A DNA stretch of 51,595 bases from Opitutia bacterium. Its GTDB lineage: Bacteria > Verrucomicrobiota > Verrucomicrobiia > Opitutales > JABJCN01. The translations under genes and the position numbers were made by a program. The stretch lies in contig JAYPDO010000008.1 in NCBI GenBank assembly GCA_038125285.1, forward strand, positions 1 to 51,595, read 5' to 3'. A model generated the notes under the pieces. The model searched no databases, had not been told where the DNA came from, and was given only the letters and a program-made list of their open reading frames with translations. This document shows, one piece after another, positions 1-8,155 of the stretch. Position 1 is the first letter of the stretch; each line of letters starts with the position of its first letter.

Positions 1-121
1 GGACATCCATCTTCGCGAACCCGATTTGGGCTTTGTAGAATTTACGTGCCAAGTCGGCTCCTGCAAAATTATGGAGCGAGAGTGCGGTCAGTAGGATTAG
101 GATTCTGGCGGGTGTTCTCAT
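1..121 (-). CDS. N-terminal fragment of a probable secreted hypothetical protein (continues past left edge)
   Basis: ATG at 119-121 on the minus strand. My hand translation is MRTPARILILLTALSLHNFAGADLARKFYKAQIGFAKMDV..., with a basic N-terminus and a hydrophobic core (signal-peptide-like). The frame stays open to position 1. It is too short for the ORF track. Confidence 0.35.
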   Translation of the reverse strand, partial: MRTPARILILLTALSLHNFAGADLARKFYKAQIGFAKMDV

Positions 122-218
122 GAGTGGTTGCGAGTAGCTTGTGGATCGGTTCATCCTGATCAACGGAAAAGAAAGGTTTGGGAAGGGATGGGTACTTGCA
201 GCCGTCATTATAGACTGA

Positions 219-820
219 TTACCACTTCCTTGAACAATTTCCCGCTCTCATACTCTTCGTGGAGGTTTTTTGCCCAAGTTCGTTCTCGGCCTGCCAGACA
301 ACATGGCGGCTGCCTTCCCAATGGTATTCGACATCCATTTTCAACCCGTGGTGGTAACCTCTTTTCACTATGTTGATGATCCCATGCTCGAAGGTGATCC
401 TGAGGGCTGGTTTCCGAGAAGAATGGTTGGTGCCTATTACCTCGGTCAAGGGTATCCTTAGTTCAGGGTCATCATAAAAGCGTCCTTCCTTTAGTAAAGT
501 TACTAACTTTCCCCATAGCGAAGGTTCACGGACTCGATCTTTTTCACCGGGCGGGACTCCCTAAATAAAAGCCCGTCCCAATTGCCGTAGTCGGGCCGGC
601 TCCTTTGCAGGACGCCCAGTTCCCCGTCCCTTTCGAAGACCAGGGATAGGTTCTGCTGCTTGTAGTCCTGTAGGATGTAGCTCCCTGCCCGATCCCCTAC
701 TCCTATCCACTTCTTGAACTTGGTGTCCTTGTTATGGATGCTGAAATTGGCCGGCTTGCCCGGAACTTTGAAGTGGCCAAGGTAGGTCACAGTTTGGGCG
801 GGGCAGAAGCCATCGGCAGG
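219..820 (-). pseudogene. decayed YwqK/MORN-variant repeat paralogue (no start, frame break near 500)
   Basis: ORFs 503-790 and 219-449 lie in different frames and both resemble the adjacent 225-aa gene. GHFKVPGKPANFSIHNKDTKFKKWIGVGDRAGSYILQDY matches KGMFKLRGNAKFNIYNKENQSSKWLKIGQRTGDYTLKSY. KRGYHHGLKMDVEYHWEGS matches KRGYKDGKKHGETVEWFPNG. There is an in-frame TAG at 821-823 with no ATG or signal peptide after it, and TAG-TAA at 500-505. Homology resumes in another frame (LKEGRFYDDPELRIPLTEVIG...). Confidence 0.55.
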
Positions 821-901
821 CTAGGCAAAAGAAAAGAGAGTCGGAAGGATGCCTCTGGTCACGCGGTTCAAATCGAGTTGCATGCCTGGGCACAAAAAAG
901 G

Positions 902-1579
902 TTATTCCAACGGCAGGTTCCGCTTGAATTGGTTTTTTTCGTACTCCCTCTTCGCGGTCAGTTTTCCATTTTGATCCCAATAAGACCAGACTCCCGTCCG
1001 CTGATTGTCATCGTAGTACATCTCGTATTTTTTTTGCCCGTTCGGGAACCACTCGACGGTTTCGCCGTGTTTTTTGCCATCTTTGTAGCCCCGTTTGTAC
1101 CAAGGTTTTCCAGTCGGGTAATCCTTAACCACACTGCCGCTGAAGGGCGTTTCTTCTTTTCCGAGTTCGTAGTATAAACCGTTCTTGAATCGGAGGTTGG
1201 TGGATTCGATCTCTGGACCCTTGCTTCCGCCGATCCCTCCAACGGGGTTTCCTGCCGCTTTCGCTTGTGCAAGGCCGAGGGTACCTTCTTCCCCGTCTGC
1301 GTTTTCAAAGATTAGGTTCCCCCCGTCCTCGTCATAGCTCTTAAGGGTATAATCCCCTGTCCGTTGGCCTATTTTCAGCCATTTGCTGGACTGGTTTTCC
1401 TTGTTGTAGATGTTGAACTTCGCATTTCCGCGTAGTTTGAACATCCCTTTGAATTGTAGGTTTTCCGCTGGGTCGAAGGCAGACAATTGCCCGGAAAATA
1501 CGGCCAATGAGAGGATTGAAAACACCTGCAGTGGGAGGCACAATTTGCCAAATAGGAGTTTTTGAGCTTTCATTAGCAT
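902..1579 (-). CDS. secreted YwqK-family (MORN-variant repeat) protein
   Basis: 225-aa ORF with an N-terminal hydrophobic leader (LCLPLQVFSILSLAVFSGQLSA). The C-terminal repeats are of the YwqK/MORN type: G-x-W-Y-KRGYKDGKKHGETVEWFPNGQKKYEMYYDDNQRTGVWSYWDQNGKL. Confidence 0.85.
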   Translation of the reverse strand: MLMKAQKLLFGKLCLPLQVFSILSLAVFSGQLSAFDPAENLQFKGMFKLRGNAKFNIYNKENQSSKWLKIGQRTGDYTLKSYDEDGGNLIFENADGEEGTLGLAQAKAAGNPVGGIGGSKGPEIESTNLRFKNGLYYELGKEETPFSGSVVKDYPTGKPWYKRGYKDGKKHGETVEWFPNGQKKYEMYYDDNQRTGVWSYWDQNGKLTAKREYEKNQFKRNLPLE

Positions 1580-1681
1580 TATTTTATGGGCAGCAAGTGG
1601 AATAGTGCAAGCCCCTGGTTGGATCCTGGGTTAAGGTTGGTGATACAAGAGGGTTATCACCGGTTATTGTCTGCTTTGAGT

Positions 1682-4600
1682 TCATGGTGCGGTGATACGG
1701 AGGCGGAGGAAAAGGGAAGTTCGCATACCGGCGATTTGTTTGCCCTGGATAGTTGTGGTGGTGTTGCCGTCTACGGTTTGGGTTGATAAAGTTTGGGTTT
1801 GGCCGGTTTGCCAGGCCTTGAGGTCGAAAGAAGATTCGGGGACGAAGTCCAAGTAGGTTGCGGATTCTGGCGATGTCCATGTTAGCTGGATGTAGCCTTC
1901 AGGGGATATTGTGGCTTGGGGGAGGTTTTTGGAGTAAGGATCCATGGGGTCGGCTCCGAAGGCAAATTCCAGAAGGTTTGGTAGGCCATCGTGGTCGGGG
2001 TCATCCAGGTAGGATTGGTCGAGGGAGGCGAAATGTGAGTTTTCCCAGTCATCTGGAAGTCCGTCGGAATCGTTGTCGTTGCCCTCGTAGGGTTCGCCAT
2101 CCCCCGGTGTTCCCCCGGTCACTGTACTGGCGTGCCAATTTGTGGCGATGGCAGGATCACGGGATGTCCTGAGCACGAGGGACTTCCCCCCTTTTGCGGC
2201 AGCTTGTGGCCAGGGTGCTTGGTTGTCGTATTTGAAATCCAGGAGGATGGAGCCGTCCGGCCCGGTAAGGCGGAGGTTTTCCCCTGCGTTGTTGAGTTTG
2301 CCTGCATATTGGCCTGCGATGTTGGCCGTGCTTCCGTGACGGAGTTCGAAGGCGGAAAGGTTGGACGCGAGAATCAAACGGGCACCAGGGTCGAGCACCA
2401 AGCCGTTTGGGAAGGGGAAGTCGATGCCGTCGGTAAAACGAAGGCCGTCTAGGTGAAGGGATTGGTGTTGGCTGGTGTTTTTGAGTTCGATGAACTCGAA
2501 GTCGCTGGCATCGAAACCTTGGTTAGTCTCTGCCTGGGTTGGTACTTTAGGGGCATAGTGGATCTCTGTGATGGCCAAGTTGGCCGGTGTCGGGATGGCT
2601 GGGTCGACGAGGAAGGTGGCTTGGTCGATAGCAGACCATTCGTTGCCAGATTTAGCGCGGGCGCTGACTTGGATGCTCGCGCCTTGGAGTGTGAATGCTT
2701 GGGTGTAGCGGCGGGCAGAGATGTCGAGGCCTCCTCCGGGGGAACGGGGGTCCTTGCCGTCCAAGGTGTAGTAGATGTCCCCGGTTTGCGAGGAGAGGCT
2801 CAGGGAATAACCAATCGGGACTTCACCTCCGCGTTGGGAGAAAGTAGGTGGGTCCAGGGTAGGGTAGGCCCCGGTAGCCCTTAGTTGTTGGATCACGACA
2901 TCCCTCCGGTTGGGAAAGTAGTTTTGGAGGAGGTTGTCCCGTTCGGCGACCCAGTCCTCGGAGGTGTAGGGTTGCGCCCTCTGGTTATCTCCCCATCGGG
3001 CGGATTCCGCGATGATGGCGCGTTCGATTTGGGCGGTTTTGTAGGCATAGTAGGCCGAGGACTTTTCAGGGGAGAGGACGCCTCCGTTGAAGAGGTGCTT
3101 GTAGGTGAGGTCGGCGAAGATGGCCCGGTAGTCGGGATGGGCCTTGAGTTGGTGGTGGATGCGGGTTGGCCCGCCGAGGTTGTCCCGGGTAGTGGCGATT
3201 TGGTTCAGCTCCTCCATGATGTGCTCGGCGTCCCAATGATGGTACTGCCATTTGCGTTCTGGGTCGGTGCGGTGGGTGGAGGCGTACCAGTTTTGGTGTC
3301 CCCAATCCGTGTTCCCAAGGTAGAAGTTCAGGAGCATGTAGTTAATGAATTGCCCGAGGTCCAGCATGGAGAGGACGGCATCGTAATTGGCTTGGATGGA
3401 GAGGTCTTGGTTGGCAGCGGAAACGAGGGCGAGATAGGAGTCGTTTGTCCCATGGACGACTGTGCTGGTTCGGTGTTTCATCACGTCGTAGTCGTCCGGG
3501 GATCCTCCCCTGTATTGGCGGACAAAGTTTTCGTCGGGCCGCTCGTGGAGGGTATGGAGACCCCAATAGAGGCCGTCGATGTAGAGGTGGATGTTGTAGC
3601 CGTGGGGGGAGTGCCCACCGAGTTGGCGATGGAGGTCGGATACGTATTGGTCTCGCAGATATTGGGCGCGCTGGCGCTGGAGGGTAGGGCTGGAGCTGCC
3701 TCCGTAAGACCAGACGTTGTTGAGGTGGGCATCGACGACGAGGGTATCAAATTCCTGGGCCGCACTTTCTCCGAAGACAGGGAATTCGAGCTTTGGCGGG
3801 CCGTATTCGGATGTGAACTTTAGTCGTAGGGAGAGTTTGTCCGTCTTCCAGCGGTTGACCGAGCTGCCGCCGACGACTTGGACGGATGCGTCGATTTGGA
3901 AACCGTCCTTGCCGTCTGGGAGGATGAGTTCCGCGGAGACAGGTTTTTCCACGCTTTCCCCCTTTGGGTAAATGCCTTGGGTCGCGTCGAAAAAGTCGTC
4001 CCGGTCGAGGACGAGGGAAAGGGTTGGCACGGATTGGAGGTCGTCCTCGATGTGGGTGCGCCAACGGGGGTCATCGACAATTTCCGGATCCATCGCGTAG
4101 TCGGCGGTGTGGCCGTTCCATGTGGAAGGGAATCCTGGCGGGACTATGGGTTGGCGGACGATATCCGCAGGGAAGAGGTAGGTCTGTGTATCGACATTGG
4201 TAGGAACGTAACCTGGCTTTGTGGCAATGGCGCGGAGGGTTGTGGTCGTGTCGATCCGAATGGGTTTTGTGTAAAGGGTACCATTTTGGTCTGAGGGGAG
4301 GGAACCGTCCGTCGTGTAATGGAAGGTCGCCTGGTCGGTCTTTGTCCCGATGACCAGGTCAAAGGGCTGGCTGAAGAAACCTCGTTTGTGGCTGAACTTG
4401 GTGTCCTGGACAATCCCAGCAACGCCGTCGCCGTTGGCTTCTCCTGGGGTAGGGACATCGAAAAAGCGGGGCTTTCCGGTGTTGTTGGCCAATCCGTAGG
4501 AAAATCCCTCCCTTTGAGTAGGGTAATTGTGAAACATTTGCACCATGTGGCCGTTTGGGTCAGTGAGGGAGAGGAACCCTCCTTCCTGGGATGACAGCTT

Positions 4601-7600
4601 GAAGGGCGCATGGAGTTCCACTTGGGGCGACGGGGATTTAGCGGATGCAAACACGACGAGGTAGCTTCCGGGGGCAAGTGATGTGCCGGGAGGGAAGATC
4701 CAGCGTGACGGTTCGTCTGGATCGTCAGTCAATGCCCATCCGGTGAGGTCTGCCGTGGAACCACCGGGGTTGTGGAGTTCGATCCAATCGGTGAAGTTTC
4801 CTTCGGCATCGGGGTAAACGTCCCGGTTTAATGCCATGAATTCCGTGACCAGGATGGGCGAGGAGGGCACTCCCAGTATTTCGTCCGTCCCAGGCGTGCC
4901 ACCAGCCACCAATGAGGCTTTCCAGGAGGACGGGCTTGAGTGGTCCGTTTCTGGCGAAAGCGGGGCAAGCACCATCGAATGCCCGGCATTGGCTGGCCAT
5001 GGCGGGTTGTTGCTATATTCCATCTCATGGATGGCAATCCCTGCGCCCAGGGACAACTTGATACGTTCCCCTGCATTGTCGAGTTTTCCTTTGAACTGGC
5101 CTGCTACAGGAAGCCCTGGGCCGTACCGGGATTCGAAGGCGGCTAGGTTGGCTACAAGCAGGGTAATTCCTCCCGAATCCAGCCTCGTTCCTTCTGGGAA
5201 ATTGAAATCGACCCCTTTGGTGAAGCGGACATCGGAGAGGTCAAGCGCGTTGCTTCCTACGTTTTTCAACTCGATGAACTCAAAGTCCGAAGTAGCGTAT
5301 CCCGCGAGCATTTCCTCCGTTGTGGCGGGTGCAGGATCGTAGTGGACCTCGGAAATGGCCAGGTTTTGCTGTAGGGTTGGCAGGGAAATGGGTGGCCCTG
5401 GAACGAATTGGACAGCCTTGGACCAATGGCTCCAACGTCCGGTATTGTCCTTGTGGCGGACACGCGCGCTGTATGTGCGGCCTTCAACCAAGCTACGGGC
5501 AGGGACACGGACAGTGCTGGAAAAGGTGGGTAATTCCCCAGAATCCCAGTCTGCATACCACTCCAGCACTGGCTTTGCCCCTCTTGTGAGTTCGGGGACT
5601 TCGATATCCCCGACTTCGGCGACCCTCCATTGCATGGCTGCCAAGGTGCCGTCGGCCTGGGGATCATTGAAGGCAGAGGACTGGAGGATTATCCCGTCCA
5701 GTGGTTGGCCGGAGTCCCCGACGTACGAGATCGCCGGGGTGAAGGGAATGTCCAGGTCGAGGGAAAGGTAGTCCAGATGTCCGGCACGCCCGCCGGAAGG
5801 CACATCGGGGCCGGTACTCCCTGTCCAACCCACGAAGGCAAATTCCTTCATGTCCTGCACTTTCCACTCCATTGTTCCATAGTCTTGGCTGCCTGCGCTG
5901 GCCGGGGCGTCTTTCCACCGGCCACGGTCAGCGGGGACAAAGTCCCTGATCTTGTCGGCAAGGCGGTCGACCATTGGGTTAATTACCCCTTCGGTCCAGA
6001 GGAGGTCGCGGAATTCGCGGATGAAGTTTTTGTAGTCCCGGACAAAATCCGGCTTGCCGCCGTTGGCCACGATGGCGGCGTTATGGGAATAATCGATCCC
6101 CGCCCCCCAGTTCGGCCCCCAGCTGGCGTCGGAATCCCATGGCAGGGTCCAAAGGCGGCCAAGGGGATTGCCCGGGTAGGGATTGAAGAACCAGGCGCGG
6201 TTCTTCGAATGGGAGTCTGCGGGCCGGACATCGTAATGACGGACGGCTTCGTTAATTGTGTGGTAGCGGAAGGACTTGTCGTAATTGACATGGATGTTGA
6301 GCCAGCTGTCGGAACGCTCGGGACGGAGATTGTTCCGGATGTTCTGGAAATCGGAGTCCCCGGTTGTGGATTTGGTGCCTTGGTGCCGCTTGACCAAGTT
6401 TCCGTCGAAGACCTGGTCCTTCAACTTGTAGAGGTTGCCGTCGGGCATGCGATGGGTTTTCAGGAAAGTGCCGTCGTAGTTTTCAAACACGAGTTGGAAT
6501 CCCTGGAAATCGCCGTTGTATTGGTCGGGCTGTTCTTCTGCGGTTTTGACGACCCTGAAATGGAACCACCACGTATGCGGGGCGGGGACGTCCACCATGT
6601 TCCAAAGCAGGGAGTTCATGGTCTCGGTGATGCCGAAGTTCCCGACCCCCTTGTTGTCTGACATTTTGCCAGTGTTGATGGTCCTGACCTTGTTGGGGAA
6701 GAGGTTCCCGTTGATGTCGCGGGGATGGAAGAGGTGGCCATGGTTGAAGCGGAACCGCATGCTGCGTTTGCCATTGGTGCCAGTCCTTTGGCTATAGCGG
6801 TCGTTGGCCTGCCGGAGCCGGTATTGGATGTGGTCATAGACGACGCCTTCGTAAACGAACGTGCCGAACCAATGGAACTCGCTCCGGGCGTCCTTATTCG
6901 TTTTCGGGATGCGGTCAGCTGGGTTGTAGCCGTAACACATGGCGTAGGCAGCAGGATCGGTGATGAGTTGGTAAACCGGGAGGCTCGTCATGACTTGGCG
7001 CGGATAGGTGTGCCCGGCGCCATCGGGATGGACGGAGTTTTGTGAGGCCACGTATTCTGGGACTCCATTGTACACGAAGTAGGCGAAGTTCAGTGAGGGG
7101 TCGTCCTGTTGTGGTGCGCGGGCCGCTTCCCCGTTTTTGTCCGTCGCGAAGATCCTGTAGCGCACGAGGGTACGGTTCGGTTGGTTGGGTAGTCTCGCTG
7201 TGTAGATGGACTCGCCTTGGGCAAAGTCGCGAGCCATTGGTACGATTTGCCAGTTAGCTGGGTCTTCGAAAGAGGGGTTGGCAGCGTGCGGATCCAGGGG
7301 GGCATTAAGGATTTCGGAAAGAGCCTTGGGTTGGTAGGCACTAAAATAGGAACCAGGCGGAACCACTTGATAGTGGAGTTCTACTGACTGGACAAGGTCG
7401 GTGTCAGAAACCTTGGCTTGGACAACCGGTTGTTCGAAATCGCGAGGTTGCTGTGGGGAATGGGATACCTTCCGGATTTGGGGTGGCGCATCGGCGGAAT
7501 AAACCGAGTTTTGGGCCGCAGGGGTAGGGGAGGACAAGCAAGGGCGCCAACTCCCGCCCAGCCCGTTGTCCAGGCCAGGGTTGATTAGTTCGAGGGAAGG

Positions 7601-8047
7601 CCCCTGGCCTCCAGGTGTGACCGGCCAGGGGAACTCGGATTTGTAGTCAACCTCGTCCACCTTGTTGCCTTCCTTATCCCTTAACGTGAGGTTTTCGCCT
7701 TCGTTCGCCAGGCTTCCTGACTGGAATAGCCCGAACGGGTCTGCCCGGTAGTTTGCCCGGTAGTGGGCCTTGTTTTCAGCAATGGCCAAGTACCCCGCAG
7801 CAGCGATCGAAGATCCTTCAGGAAAGGTATAGGAGATGCCCGAAGAGAAATACCACCCGGAAAGGCTGATGTCGGAGCCACTGGGGTTATGGATCTCTAC
7901 AAATTCAGTCAGCGAGGAAGGTGAATCGGGGTCAAAGTGGATTTCGTTGATGACTACTTGGGCAGGCGCGGGGACAGTGGCCAGGATGCCTGCCAACAAG
8001 GCAACACAACGGGTCAAAACATTTAAAATCGGGCAAATTCTACGCAT
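1682..8047 (-). CDS. giant secreted lamin-tail-domain (LTD) / CotH kinase-like multidomain protein (2,121 aa from internal ATG)
   Basis: Four LTD-like modules: VVINEIHFDPD..FVEIHNPSGSDISLSGWYF; AISEVHYDP..FEFIELKNVGSNALDLSDVRF; ILVTEFMALN..WIELHNPGGSTADLTGWAL; AITEIHYAP..FEFIELKNTSQHQSLHLDGLRF. Two CotH-like cores: KRSMRFRFNHG; VPTLSLVLDRDDFFD..GIYPKG..KLSLRLKF..YGPPKLEFPVF. Chitobiase-C-like motifs: FHYTTDGSLPS, IYYTLDGKDPRS. Asp-rich tail: NDNDSDGLPDDWE...DDPDHDGLPNLLEF. I set the start to ATG 8045-8047, which gives the signal peptide MRRICPILNVLTRCVALLAGILATVPAPAQ. Confidence 0.9.
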   Translation of the reverse strand: MRRICPILNVLTRCVALLAGILATVPAPAQVVINEIHFDPDSPSSLTEFVEIHNPSGSDISLSGWYFSSGISYTFPEGSSIAAAGYLAIAENKAHYRANYRADPFGLFQSGSLANEGENLTLRDKEGNKVDEVDYKSEFPWPVTPGGQGPSLELINPGLDNGLGGSWRPCLSSPTPAAQNSVYSADAPPQIRKVSHSPQQPRDFEQPVVQAKVSDTDLVQSVELHYQVVPPGSYFSAYQPKALSEILNAPLDPHAANPSFEDPANWQIVPMARDFAQGESIYTARLPNQPNRTLVRYRIFATDKNGEAARAPQQDDPSLNFAYFVYNGVPEYVASQNSVHPDGAGHTYPRQVMTSLPVYQLITDPAAYAMCYGYNPADRIPKTNKDARSEFHWFGTFVYEGVVYDHIQYRLRQANDRYSQRTGTNGKRSMRFRFNHGHLFHPRDINGNLFPNKVRTINTGKMSDNKGVGNFGITETMNSLLWNMVDVPAPHTWWFHFRVVKTAEEQPDQYNGDFQGFQLVFENYDGTFLKTHRMPDGNLYKLKDQVFDGNLVKRHQGTKSTTGDSDFQNIRNNLRPERSDSWLNIHVNYDKSFRYHTINEAVRHYDVRPADSHSKNRAWFFNPYPGNPLGRLWTLPWDSDASWGPNWGAGIDYSHNAAIVANGGKPDFVRDYKNFIREFRDLLWTEGVINPMVDRLADKIRDFVPADRGRWKDAPASAGSQDYGTMEWKVQDMKEFAFVGWTGSTGPDVPSGGRAGHLDYLSLDLDIPFTPAISYVGDSGQPLDGIILQSSAFNDPQADGTLAAMQWRVAEVGDIEVPELTRGAKPVLEWYADWDSGELPTFSSTVRVPARSLVEGRTYSARVRHKDNTGRWSHWSKAVQFVPGPPISLPTLQQNLAISEVHYDPAPATTEEMLAGYATSDFEFIELKNVGSNALDLSDVRFTKGVDFNFPEGTRLDSGGITLLVANLAAFESRYGPGLPVAGQFKGKLDNAGERIKLSLGAGIAIHEMEYSNNPPWPANAGHSMVLAPLSPETDHSSPSSWKASLVAGGTPGTDEILGVPSSPILVTEFMALNRDVYPDAEGNFTDWIELHNPGGSTADLTGWALTDDPDEPSRWIFPPGTSLAPGSYLVVFASAKSPSPQVELHAPFKLSSQEGGFLSLTDPNGHMVQMFHNYPTQREGFSYGLANNTGKPRFFDVPTPGEANGDGVAGIVQDTKFSHKRGFFSQPFDLVIGTKTDQATFHYTTDGSLPSDQNGTLYTKPIRIDTTTTLRAIATKPGYVPTNVDTQTYLFPADIVRQPIVPPGFPSTWNGHTADYAMDPEIVDDPRWRTHIEDDLQSVPTLSLVLDRDDFFDATQGIYPKGESVEKPVSAELILPDGKDGFQIDASVQVVGGSSVNRWKTDKLSLRLKFTSEYGPPKLEFPVFGESAAQEFDTLVVDAHLNNVWSYGGSSSPTLQRQRAQYLRDQYVSDLHRQLGGHSPHGYNIHLYIDGLYWGLHTLHERPDENFVRQYRGGSPDDYDVMKHRTSTVVHGTNDSYLALVSAANQDLSIQANYDAVLSMLDLGQFINYMLLNFYLGNTDWGHQNWYASTHRTDPERKWQYHHWDAEHIMEELNQIATTRDNLGGPTRIHHQLKAHPDYRAIFADLTYKHLFNGGVLSPEKSSAYYAYKTAQIERAIIAESARWGDNQRAQPYTSEDWVAERDNLLQNYFPNRRDVVIQQLRATGAYPTLDPPTFSQRGGEVPIGYSLSLSSQTGDIYYTLDGKDPRSPGGGLDISARRYTQAFTLQGASIQVSARAKSGNEWSAIDQATFLVDPAIPTPANLAITEIHYAPKVPTQAETNQGFDASDFEFIELKNTSQHQSLHLDGLRFTDGIDFPFPNGLVLDPGARLILASNLSAFELRHGSTANIAGQYAGKLNNAGENLRLTGPDGSILLDFKYDNQAPWPQAAAKGGKSLVLRTSRDPAIATNWHASTVTGGTPGDGEPYEGNDNDSDGLPDDWENSHFASLDQSYLDDPDHDGLPNLLEFAFGADPMDPYSKNLPQATISPEGYIQLTWTSPESATYLDFVPESSFDLKAWQTGQTQTLSTQTVDGNTTTTIQGKQIAGMRTSLFLRLRITAP

Positions 8048-8155
8048 TCCCGGCCTTCGGCTATAAAAGGGTGTGCGAGAACTTACGCCCGCGCCAATGA
8101 AGCGCAAGCTGGAATCCATACACTGTGGCGGGGACAACGCTGTCCGGCTTGCCCC

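Noticed and set aside
1639-1661. A hairpin GGTGATA-N9-TATCACC lies downstream of the giant gene and could be a terminator.
   Set aside because: The 7-bp stem has no following U-tract on the transcribed (minus) strand, and the next gene follows in the same direction 60 nt later. It is not convincing as an intrinsic terminator.
1579-1682. I considered the giant protein as a polymorphic toxin followed by a tandem array of YwqK 'immunity' genes, one of them decayed (region 219-8047).
   Set aside because: YwqK is the antitoxin of the Bacillus YwqJ LXG toxin, and immunity genes do form arrays with degenerate copies. However, the giant protein's C-terminus shows no toxin-like domain I can recognise, and there is no LXG/Rhs/PT-type pre-toxin module. 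The YwqK-type proteins here have secretion signals and also occur elsewhere in the window. I keep it only as a minor alternative.
2453-6661. Several long plus-strand ORFs (e.g. 2453-2884, 2885-3823, 5630-6661) lie inside the giant gene region.
   Set aside because: They are antisense to a 2,121-aa ORF with clear domain content. Their products are Gly/Val/Asp/Glu-rich shadow translations with no motifs. This is typical of GC-rich antisense frames.
8048-8137. N-terminal extensions are offered by the ORF track (here 30 codons; similar cases at 10445-10471, 12768-12914, 20035-20115, 20088-20144, 23855-23998, 27497-27667, 30278-30334, 34822-34851, 35257-35310, 37451-37657, 38428-38574, 41777-41821, 47983-48048, 51098-51220).
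   Set aside because: In each case an internal ATG/GTG sits immediately before a signal peptide, lipobox, TAT motif or the conserved N-terminus. The extension is Arg/Pro-rich or overlaps the neighbouring gene. The exact starts remain predictions.
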